The position numbers and the translations under genes were made by a program. A stretch of DNA of 36,001 bases, taken from positions 1 through 36,001 of the forward strand of contig JAZURU010000080.1 of assembly GCA_045606365.1 (NCBI GenBank), given 5' to 3'. Below the pieces are notes generated by a model. The model did no database searches and was not told the DNA's origin. It saw only the letters and a program-made list of their open reading frames with translations. The first letter of the stretch is position 1. Every line of letters starts with the position of its first letter. Source of the stretch: Candidatus Scatosoma sp. Its GTDB lineage: Bacteria > Bacillota > Clostridia > Christensenellales > Borkfalkiaceae. Below are positions 1 through 7,304 of the stretch, piece by piece.

Positions 1-3000
1 CAATGCATTCAACGTGGTATCTTCTGCAATAGGATATACCTTATCGACAACGGTCGTTCTACCAAAATGTCCGTGCATAGCGATATACCCTTCCTGATAG
101 TACATAGGCACTGTGACAGTGTCGTGCACAACCTCTTGACCCGTTGCCATATTCAGCGCGTAAACGTGCAGATCAATCTTGGTGGCATCTTTGCTGTTTT
201 CCGTGAAACCAATGATGACCTTGTATTGGTCGATTGCGGATTGCAAAGCCGCCATACCTAACCCCCAAGGATTGCCAGCATTATTGCCGGAATTATAACG
301 GTACTGCACATTTTCGGGGGATCCGTTGTCATCAAATTTATAGGCAATCTTATTTGCGCCGATCACCGCCAAACGGTTTGCATGCGCGCCGTCTATGCCG
401 CCGTACAACGCACCGTTGTTCAAGGTCATACCATTGGCAATAATCCAGCCCTGTACGTTGGGGTCTTGTTCTTGGTTGTAAATGGTTTTGGTGACCTCGT
501 TGTTAAAAAAGGATACGATAGGCATATTGTTGCCCGTAATATCGAACACCAAGAAATCGTTTAAACCGAATTTCTTGTTGAATGCGAAATAGGACATATC
601 TTCTTCGATGCTAACGTCGTTGCTAGGAAGGGTCGCGCCCAAGCCGGTGTGCGAACTTTCGCCCAACGTCAAGCTGCCATCCGTTTCATCAAACCCTACG
701 TTGTACGTAAGATATTCCTCTTGAGGCACTTGCTCTTCGCCTCCAACCTCGCCACCCTCGTTTCCTTCGCCGTCATCTGCGCCAAGCGGACGAATATCAT
801 CGATGTAGAACGTACCTGCCGAACTACCCTTGATTCCCAAGAAACGATATTGATTGCCAGTATTGATATCTTCGGGATCTACGGTGATTTGCGTCCACGT
901 GTTTGCACGAAGAACGAAATCAGCATCCCATACAGCGTCATAGCCGTTGGTAATATTGCCTACGCCCGAACGTCCATTGACGGTTACCGTACTGTAAATC
1001 CAGAAGGTAAAGCCATCTTTCAGGGTTGCATACAACGTCGAACTCGGGTTCAAGCGCCAGTAAGCACCATTATTCGATTTGGTGACCGCCAACGAAGCAT
1101 TGCCACTATGGGCAATTTCCGTATCCATATGAGGTTCGCTGAGCGTTGCCCCGCTGTTCATAATAATCATCGACCATGTTTTGCTTGCATGATCCGCGCC
1201 TGCATGATAGTAAACTCTGTTTTCGCTTGCAGCCGTGTTATCGCGAAGACCGCCCGTACCCGTCTCAAAATCAAACATCGCCGCGTTGAATTCCTCTTCG
1301 GATACCGAACGGAAATGATCGATTACATACGTACCGCCCGTCGTATCGGTGAAATCAACGGGTTTATCGTCCGCTCTATTCACATATACCGTCGTCCATT
1401 GACCTGCTTTCAATTCGCCAACCGACCAAGTTGTCGTTTGATTGGTCAAGGTTGCATCCGCCCCCTCAGGAACGTACAGATCGAACGCATAGTAGCCCGT
1501 TCCCCTGAGGTCGTTCAACGCCACACCCGACGTGTTAAAGCGTACCGTGTATTTGCCTGCAGGTTTCGTAAAGTAGAACGCACTCTTACCCTGTGAAACG
1601 TTGGTGTTCGTAATACCGTAAGCCGTTGCGATATTTGCAGTAGAATTGCAGCCAATACCCATTTGCCACGTATCCGCGCCACGCGTTGTATAGTACAGCA
1701 AATTCGTGCCGCTAAGCTCAAATCTACCGCTTTCATAACCGTACAAGTCTTCTTCATATTCCTTCGCGGTTACAGGACGAATATTATCTACGTACAGATT
1801 ATCGCCAGCCGTAAAGCCGCCCGTGGTGATGAGGTAATGTTCAGTCAAACCCTTTTCCACCCAAGCTTCATAGTCTGCTCTGGTGAAATAGTAACTCTTC
1901 CACTCCGTTGCATTGATACCCCAACCTTTCGTATTGTTAATTTCATACGTCACGTTGGTCATTGTACTGCCATTCGTCGTATAACGGCGGAAATTAGAAG
2001 TGACCGTCGCATCCGTCTTTGCATCGAATGCAACGTATTGTACGTTTTCATCTGCAAAATAAGAAGCCAAGAAGTCAAGCGTTACTTTGAGTTTAGGAGA
2101 CGTACCCGTATTGGGGATCACCAAGCAGTTGTCGCCGTCCTTTTCGCGAATTGTCGCCGCACCTGCATTTTCCGTCCACATAAAGGAAGGCACTGCCGCT
2201 GTGTTTTCAAACGTGCCGTCAAACACAGATACTCGGCGGGTCAGGGTCTGCCCTAAGAAGCTTGCCGTGATGTCCGTTTCGCCGTTGGCAAGCAACGTCA
2301 TTTTACCGTTTTCGTCCACCGTTGCCACGTCCTCGTTCGTAGACGCCCAGGCTATGTAGGTGTCAATGCCGACAGGATTTTGTCCGTCCTGCACCGTCGC
2401 CTGCATTTGTACGGTTGTTTCACCGTACGACAAGAAGTTTAACGCGGTGACGTCCATCGTGAGCGTTAACCCGCTGCCTGCCGCTGCCGCCACCTGTTGA
2501 ATACTGTCGTAGGTTTCACCCCCGTAGACGTATTGCACCGTTCTTACGCCATCTTCGTCCACCGTTACGCTTTCCGTCATGCCTAAGCTTTCCAAATGCG
2601 CGCCCTCTACGTATTCCTTGAATACCGCGCGTTTGTCCGCGTCCTCGTAGTCTTCATACGCCTTCATGGCAACGTACACGGAATCACGCACGTTGCTTAC
2701 GCTGTTAAAGTCGGCGTAGGTGTACGTCGTCTTTGCTCCATCGTTGGTTTCAACCGTTTCTGATATGTATGCAATCCCCACGAAATCTCTGTCGTAGTTT
2801 TGCAATCGAAGGTTGGAAATAACGCCATTCGCGCGGTAATATTCCCCTTGGGAATAAATCATATTGTCCACCGCGCCATCACTGCTGTAAAAGACGTGGT
2901 TGATCTTCGTCGTGATTTTTTCGTAGGACTGTTCCATTACGCCGCGAACGCCGTTTGAATACTTACTGGAATCGTTCAAATAAGATGCGGGCATAATGAA

Positions 3001-3252
3001 CATACCCATCTGCTTGACAACGCCCGCTTCTTCTTTCAGCAAGTCCGCATACACGTCCGCGCCCATTTCCGCAATAAAGCGCAAACCCTTGGGGGATTTC
3101 GTACGGATAGACGCCCCCTCTACCATTTCAAAACGGGTGTATTCCACCGTTTCATTTGCCGCTACGTTCAAAACCGCCGCCGCTGCGCCAAACATCATGG
3201 TCGACAGCGCCGCAAGCGCCAACAGAGAATATTTTTTCGTCATTTTCTTCAT
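1..3252 (-). CDS. Large secreted multi-module surface protein; N-terminus complete, C-terminus beyond left window edge (1084 codons visible)
   Basis: Absent from the supplied ORF track (no in-window stop). Hand reverse-complement translation is open from ATG 3250-3252 down to base 1. AAGGAGA RBS (3261-3267) lies 8 nt upstream. N-terminus MKKMTKKYSLLALAALSTMMFGAAAAVLNVAANE looks like a Sec signal peptide. aa ~262-343 fit the Big_2 Ig-like pattern. aa 346-823 are paralogous to the C-terminal 480 aa of gene 3470-5752. aa 878-1074 are a third copy of the module duplicated in gene 7305-10154. Confidence 0.85.
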   Translation of the reverse strand, partial: MKKMTKKYSLLALAALSTMMFGAAAAVLNVAANETVEYTRFEMVEGASIRTKSPKGLRFIAEMGADVYADLLKEEAGVVKQMGMFIMPASYLNDSSKYSNGVRGVMEQSYEKITTKINHVFYSSDGAVDNMIYSQGEYYRANGVISNLRLQNYDRDFVGIAYISETVETNDGAKTTYTYADFNSVSNVRDSVYVAMKAYEDYEDADKRAVFKEYVEGAHLESLGMTESVTVDEDGVRTVQYVYGGETYDSIQQVAAAAGSGLTLTMDVTALNFLSYGETTVQMQATVQDGQNPVGIDTYIAWASTNEDVATVDENGKMTLLANGETDITASFLGQTLTRRVSVFDGTFENTAAVPSFMWTENAGAATIREKDGDNCLVIPNTGTSPKLKVTLDFLASYFADENVQYVAFDAKTDATVTSNFRRYTTNGSTMTNVTYEINNTKGWGINATEWKSYYFTRADYEAWVEKGLTEHYLITTGGFTAGDNLYVDNIRPVTAKEYEEDLYGYESGRFELSGTNLLYYTTRGADTWQMGIGCNSTANIATAYGITNTNVSQGKSAFYFTKPAGKYTVRFNTSGVALNDLRGTGYYAFDLYVPEGADATLTNQTTTWSVGELKAGQWTTVYVNRADDKPVDFTDTTGGTYVIDHFRSVSEEEFNAAMFDFETGTGGLRDNTAASENRVYYHAGADHASKTWSMIIMNSGATLSEPHMDTEIAHSGNASLAVTKSNNGAYWRLNPSSTLYATLKDGFTFWIYSTVTVNGRSGVGNITNGYDAVWDADFVLRANTWTQITVDPEDINTGNQYRFLGIKGSSAGTFYIDDIRPLGADDGEGNEGGEVGGEEQVPQEEYLTYNVGFDETDGSLTLGESSHTGLGATLPSNDVSIEEDMSYFAFNKKFGLNDFLVFDITGNNMPIVSFFNNEVTKTIYNQEQDPNVQGWIIANGMTLNNGALYGGIDGAHANRLAVIGANKIAYKFDDNGSPENVQYRYNSGNNAGNPWGLGMAALQSAIDQYKVIIGFTENSKDATKIDLHVYALNMATGQEVVHDTVTVPMYYQEGYIAMHGHFGRTTVVDKVYPIAEDTTLNAL
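31..621 (-). repeat. Copy 3 (divergent) of an unassigned ~195-aa protein module
   Basis: Translated segment EDMSYFAFNKKFGLNDFLVFDITGNNMPIVSFFNN...YIAMHGHFGRTTVVDKVYPI shares the start motif (aromatic-x-A-F/Y-N...D-F/I-TG-x-N-x-P...FF) and the end motif (hG+aG....DKVY) with the two copies in 7305-10154. Confidence 0.6.
784..2217 (-). repeat. Triple beta-sandwich (CBM4/9/22-like) cassette, copy A; paralogous to 3473-4915
   Basis: Three successive modules end in LYVDNIRPV, YVIDHFRSVSEEEF and TFYIDDIRPL. Alignment with the neighbouring gene by eye gives 44 of 56 residues identical from EKDGD to FRRYT. A 33-nt identical nucleotide run occurs at 1285-1317 and 3983-4015. Confidence 0.8.
2224..2469 (-). 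other. Big_2 (bacterial Ig-like group 2) domain coding segment
   Basis: LTLTMDVTALNFLSYGETTVQMQATVQDGQNPVGIDTYIAWASTNEDVATVDENGKMTLLANGETDITASFLGQT matches the familiar Big_2 pattern (..v.l.atv...W.SsN..vAtVd..G.vta...G...ita). Confidence 0.6.
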
Positions 3253-3266
3253 CTTTTTATTCTCCT

Positions 3267-3398
3267 TTAATCGTCGCCGAATATATCGTCCGTTGTCAAG
3301 TCGTTGCTTCCCTGCTCATCTTCGGCGGAAAACGTAACGATGTCACACCCTGACAAAAGGGTCAGAGTGATTTCCAAATCTGCGTATTTTTTCTTCAT
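3267..3398 (-). CDS. Tentative 43-aa acidic small ORF (MKKKYADLEITLTLLSGCDIVTFSAEDEQGSNDLTTDDIFGDD)
   Basis: Below the ORF-track size cutoff; found by hand. ATG at 3396-3398 is preceded by AAAGGATTGAGTAAA (AGGA-type RBS). The TAA stop (3267-3269) lies inside the RBS of the downstream large gene. The ORF fills most of the otherwise empty 217-nt gap between two paralogous genes. Contains an LLSGC lipobox-like string. No homology evidence. Confidence 0.3.
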   Translation of the reverse strand: MKKKYADLEITLTLLSGCDIVTFSAEDEQGSNDLTTDDIFGDD

Positions 3399-3430
3399 TT
3401 TACTCAATCCTTTTTTAGGGAAATTTTATA

Positions 3431-3458
3431 CTGTAGCCGCCAATGCTGGCGGCTACAG
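3431..3458 (-). terminator. Perfect 12-bp stem / 4-nt loop hairpin 11 nt downstream of the 3470-5752 stop; intra-locus terminator or attenuator
   Basis: ctgtagccgcca-atgc-tggcggctacag. On the minus strand it is followed by AGTATAAAATTT, so the U-tract is weak. Confidence 0.45.
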
Positions 3459-3469
3459 CCGTACTCATT

Positions 3470-5752
3470 TTATTCTGTCAAGGGCAAGGGTGCGAAATCG
3501 TCGAGATAAATCGTACCCGCCGTGCTGCCGTCCAAAATAAGGAATCGGCCGCTTCCGTTGATATCTGTCGCGGTGACGGTAATTTGGGTCCAGGTGTTTG
3601 CTGCGACTATGATTCCTTCTTCCCCAAATTTTTCTCCGTTGCCATTTATGAAATTCCCTGTCGTTTCGCCGTTCAATGCAACCGTAGAATAAATCCAGAA
3701 CGTAAATCCTTCTTTAAGCTCTTCATACATAGCGGAAGACGTATTCGCCAAGGACATAAACGCATAGCCGTTCGTTTTTTCAAACGCAAGCGAATATTTG
3801 CCGCTGTGTACATTTTCCATATCCATACGAACATTGCTGATCGTCGAACCATCACCCTTAACGTTCAAGGAAATCTTTTTATTTTGATTGTCTGCACCTG
3901 CATAGTAGTAAAATCTATTTTCCGATTCCAGCACGTCCGTACGAAGCGCACCCGCGCCCGCCTCAAAGCCGTACTTCGCCGAGTTGAATTCCTCTTCGGA
4001 TACCGAACGGAAATGGTCGATTGCGTACGTACCGCCCGTTGTATCATGGATGTTGACAGGTTTGCTGTTCGTGCTGCAGACGTAAATGGTTATCCAAGCG
4101 CCTGCCTTCGGCGTTGCTAACGTGTAGCCGGTCTCGGCGCTGGTCAACGTCGTATCTGCCCCCTCGGGTACGTACAGGTCAAACGCATAATAGCCCGTAG
4201 ATTTCATCTCCGTATGCGCTTTGTCGTTCAAACGTACGGTGTATGCGCCGGTGTTCGCAGGCTTCGTGAAATATAACGAGCTGATACCTTGCGATGCAAA
4301 ATCGTTCGTCAAACCGTACGCCGTAGGTAAGTTTTCCTCGCTGGTGCAGCCGATACCAAGCTGCCATGTTCCGTCTGCGCCTATATTGTTATACGCCAAA
4401 AGGTTGGAGCCACTCAACTTCATATAGCCGCCCTCAAAGCCATATACGTCATCCATATATTCTTTCGCGGATACAGGACGAATGTTATCTACGTACAGAT
4501 TATCCCCTGACGTAAAACCGCCCGTAGTGATGAAGTAATGTTCCGTAATGTTGTTTTCTACCCAAATCTCATAGTCTGCTTTCGTGAAGTAGAAGCTCTT
4601 CCACTTAGCGTTTGTAATGCCATACGGCGTGCTGTTATGTTCGTAAGTCACGTTGTTCAAAGTGCCGTCCGCTTTCTTGGTATAACGACGGAAGTCAGAA
4701 CTTACGGTCGTATCCGTCTTTGCGTCGAATGCAACGTACTCTACGTTTGCATCTGCAAAGAATTCCGCCAAGAAATCAACGCTAACCTTGAGCTTTGGCG
4801 AGGAACCCGTAACGGGAATCACCAAGCACTTGTCGCCGTCTTTTTCGCCAATACTTGCCGTGCCTGCAGCCCCGTCCGTCTTCATAGCCGCAGGAACCGC
4901 TGTCAGCGATTCAAAGGTCATCCCCTTGCTATACACCGCTTGCAGCGTGACATCCTCCGCCAACTTCCATTCTGCGCCAGAAACCACCGCATTGCCCTCT
5001 TCGTCTACCCAGCCAAGAAAGTCTTGATAACTCTTCGGCGCAGTCGGCACCGCCAACGTGTATTCGTCGTCATACACAACCGTTTGCTCTGTCTCGGTAA
5101 GCGTACCGCCGTTCGCTTTATAAGTAATCTTGTAAGAATTCGGATCGTAGCTGAGCGTGACGGTCTGGTTTGCCAACTCGCTGAAGTCGTACGCGCTCCA
5201 AGTGCCCGTATAGCCCGTCTTTTCAGGAATTGCCGGCGCTTGCTTATCGGTGTCGGTAATATCGAAGAAAACCTTGCCCACCTCTGCATCCCCGTTCATA
5301 AACGTAATGCTGTAAGCAATGGGATCGTACGATACGTTTACCGTCTTATTGCCGCCATCCAGCGTATACGCTTCCCAGGAAGACGTATAATGCTGTTTGG
5401 TAGGAACTTCAGGAACGTCAATTGCAGTGTCCTCCACCGTGTACGTTTCCGTCGAAACGGTATCCTCACCGTTTTTAAAGATAACCTGGTATTCAATCGG
5501 CGTATACACTGCGTTTACCACTACGTCGCCACTTTCCAGCGTATACACCTCCCAAGAACCCGTATAGTGCGTTTTGGCGGGAACTTGCGGTTCGGTAATC
5601 TCCTTATTCTCGTCCGTATAGGTAGCCGTGCCCACCGTTTTCCCGTCTGCCTTAAAGGTGACGGTGTACGTGGTGGGTTGGCAAGCCGTACACACAGCCG
5701 CTATCCCTAATGCCGCCAAGATAGATACTAACCATTTGCCATTCTTTCTCAT
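3470..5752 (-). CDS. Surface (probable lipo)protein: 4 Listeria-Bacteroides-type repeats plus triple CBM-like cassette (760 aa)
   Basis: ORF track gives 3470-5767. I prefer the ATG at 5750-5752 because the GAGGAGA RBS sits 6 nt upstream of it (inside the first 5 track codons). N-terminus MRKNGKWLVSILAALGIAAVCTAC is a signal peptide with Cys. aa 33-280 are repeats. The C-terminal 480 aa are paralogous to gene 1-3252. Confidence 0.9.
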   Translation of the reverse strand: MRKNGKWLVSILAALGIAAVCTACQPTTYTVTFKADGKTVGTATYTDENKEITEPQVPAKTHYTGSWEVYTLESGDVVVNAVYTPIEYQVIFKNGEDTVSTETYTVEDTAIDVPEVPTKQHYTSSWEAYTLDGGNKTVNVSYDPIAYSITFMNGDAEVGKVFFDITDTDKQAPAIPEKTGYTGTWSAYDFSELANQTVTLSYDPNSYKITYKANGGTLTETEQTVVYDDEYTLAVPTAPKSYQDFLGWVDEEGNAVVSGAEWKLAEDVTLQAVYSKGMTFESLTAVPAAMKTDGAAGTASIGEKDGDKCLVIPVTGSSPKLKVSVDFLAEFFADANVEYVAFDAKTDTTVSSDFRRYTKKADGTLNNVTYEHNSTPYGITNAKWKSFYFTKADYEIWVENNITEHYFITTGGFTSGDNLYVDNIRPVSAKEYMDDVYGFEGGYMKLSGSNLLAYNNIGADGTWQLGIGCTSEENLPTAYGLTNDFASQGISSLYFTKPANTGAYTVRLNDKAHTEMKSTGYYAFDLYVPEGADTTLTSAETGYTLATPKAGAWITIYVCSTNSKPVNIHDTTGGTYAIDHFRSVSEEEFNSAKYGFEAGAGALRTDVLESENRFYYYAGADNQNKKISLNVKGDGSTISNVRMDMENVHSGKYSLAFEKTNGYAFMSLANTSSAMYEELKEGFTFWIYSTVALNGETTGNFINGNGEKFGEEGIIVAANTWTQITVTATDINGSGRFLILDGSTAGTIYLDDFAPLPLTE
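3473..4915 (-). repeat. Triple beta-sandwich (CBM-like) cassette, copy B
   Basis: Modules end in LYVDNIRPV, YAIDHFRSVSEEEF and TIYLDDFAPL and are colinear with 784-2217. Confidence 0.8.
4928..5671 (-). repeat. Four tandem ~60-70-aa Listeria-Bacteroides repeat (Flg_new / InlB B-repeat-like) modules
   Basis: Reiterated units: YTVTFKADGKTV...HYTGSWEVY...VNAVY; YQVIFKNGEDTV...HYTSSWEAY...VNVSY; YSITFMNGDAEV...GYTGTWSAY...VTLSY; YKITYKANGGTL...FLGWVDEEG...VTLQAVY. The last unit is closest to the canonical Y.V.F..NGG....GY.F.GW pattern. Confidence 0.65.
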
Positions 5753-5794
5753 ATCATTTCTCCTCATAATATTATTTTTACCACGTTATCCCGC

Positions 5795-7294
5795 TTAATA
5801 GGGAATCACGTAGGTTGCTTCGCCTGCTTTATGTTTTAAGGTGAGTTTGCCGTTCTGCAGCTTGACCAGCGTTCTTTCGCCCTTTACGTATACCGCAGCA
5901 TGTGTGTACGCAGAATCAAACGTCAGCTCCGTGGTCTGGTACGCCTTACTGCCCTTATGTATCGGGTCAACAATGTTTTGCACCATGTACATATAGTTGC
6001 CTTTTACGGAATCGTACAGCTCGGTCACCAAAGCGATCTCCTTATTGATGCTGACGTCTTTAAGCGCCTTAAAGCTGGGGGTTTCTTTGATCCAAGCTGC
6101 GTGGCCCGCATCGAATACCGTCGGCGGATTGCTATACACCTTGCTGGTTTGATAATCGAAGTTGAGTACCGTAGGCGCAAACTTTTGCTCCTCCGCCATA
6201 ATTTGCTTCATCCAATCGTAAATCTTCGTTCTTTCCCCATACCAGGTAATGAAGGAGTTTCCGTCGATGAAATGCTCGGTATTGTTATCAGACTTCGTCC
6301 AATAGGTGAAGTAGGAAATCGTCTTTACACCAAAGCCTACCAGCATATTGTTCAGCCAATACAAATCCGCCTCAGACAGCATTCTGGGGTTTTCAACGCC
6401 GTCCGTCTGCCCATAGGTCTGCGAAACGAAGTAGAAATCAATCCCGTACTCCTTCGCAAGCCCCGCCACCAGCTGCAAACCGTAAATATAATACTCGTCA
6501 ACGTATTCCTCGCTTCTCAACGGATATTGGTCGTACTGAACGTAGTCTGCACCCGTCGACTCCAAGAATAGACGAAGATATTTTTCATATCGGATGGCAA
6601 CCGTATCCTTCCATTCGAGCCCCTCGCCTTCTCCCTCTTCCAGTGGCGGGAATCTATCGTCAATCTTTAGAGGATCCTGTCCTGCGGTGATGGGATTGAG
6701 GTTGTATTGCAGGAAAATGTCTGGACAAACTCGTTTGAGGGATTTATACACCTGCCCATACGATTCGTGCATTTTATAGAACGGCTCGTCGCCCAGCATT
6801 ACGCCGTAGAAAGCAGGATGGTCTTTATAGGGGGCAATATAGCCCGCAATCGTATCGTCCAAGTCCTTTGTCGTAGCAAATTGCTTGCCTTCCCCGACAA
6901 TGCCATCGTTCGTTCTGGAGAGCCGCTGGATGCGCTGGTCGGTAAGGATCACCTTGGTTAGCCCCGCCTCCAACGCCATATCCAGGGCTTTTTTGGTATC
7001 GCTGGTTTCAAAATCCTGCCCCGAATATGCAGCTTGATGCTGGGGCATATAAATCGTCATCCCCGCATCCTTGTATTCTCGCACTCTTTCTACCGTTCGG
7101 AAATCCTCGCCCGCCGAATAGCTGACCCCGTCAATCGACCATTCCCCATTGGACGCAGATGAATAGCCGGAGAAAGCAAACTGCAGCGTCGAGCCGGAAT
7201 AGTCCGGTTCTATTTTTTCGATGCTACACCCAGACAAGGCTACCGAAACAATGGAAACAATCGCCAAAACTATGGATAAAAGTTTCTTTTTCAT
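5795..7294 (-). CDS. Lipoprotein, TIM-barrel glycoside-hydrolase-like (family unassigned); extracellular paralogue of 15277-16689
   Basis: 499-aa ORF with AGGAGG RBS. MKKKLLSIVLAIVSIVSVALSGC is a signal peptide with a canonical LSGC lipobox. Motifs shared with 15277-16689: FYGVMLGDEP/FYGIQLFDEP, YVQYDQYP/IHFDEYP, MLSEADLYW..GFGVKTISYFTYW / MTESDMYW..GFGVRDYSFYTYM. The (beta/alpha)8 clan-A-like reading is inferred from the DEP strand-4-like motif only. Confidence 0.8.
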   Translation of the reverse strand: MKKKLLSIVLAIVSIVSVALSGCSIEKIEPDYSGSTLQFAFSGYSSASNGEWSIDGVSYSAGEDFRTVERVREYKDAGMTIYMPQHQAAYSGQDFETSDTKKALDMALEAGLTKVILTDQRIQRLSRTNDGIVGEGKQFATTKDLDDTIAGYIAPYKDHPAFYGVMLGDEPFYKMHESYGQVYKSLKRVCPDIFLQYNLNPITAGQDPLKIDDRFPPLEEGEGEGLEWKDTVAIRYEKYLRLFLESTGADYVQYDQYPLRSEEYVDEYYIYGLQLVAGLAKEYGIDFYFVSQTYGQTDGVENPRMLSEADLYWLNNMLVGFGVKTISYFTYWTKSDNNTEHFIDGNSFITWYGERTKIYDWMKQIMAEEQKFAPTVLNFDYQTSKVYSNPPTVFDAGHAAWIKETPSFKALKDVSINKEIALVTELYDSVKGNYMYMVQNIVDPIHKGSKAYQTTELTFDSAYTHAAVYVKGERTLVKLQNGKLTLKHKAGEATYVIPY

Positions 7295-7304
7295 AATTCC
7301 TCCT

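Noticed and set aside
649-2256. Plus-strand ORFs 649-1596 (315 aa) and 1663-2256 (197 aa)
   Set aside because: They are antisense shadows of the edge-truncated minus-strand gene 1-3252, which has a signal peptide, an RBS and a clear paralogue. The plus-strand translations are Arg/Ile/Cys-rich nonsense.
4538-5710. 390-aa plus-strand ORF
   Set aside because: Antisense to the repeat-containing surface-protein gene 3470-5752. It has no RBS and low-complexity Arg-rich content.
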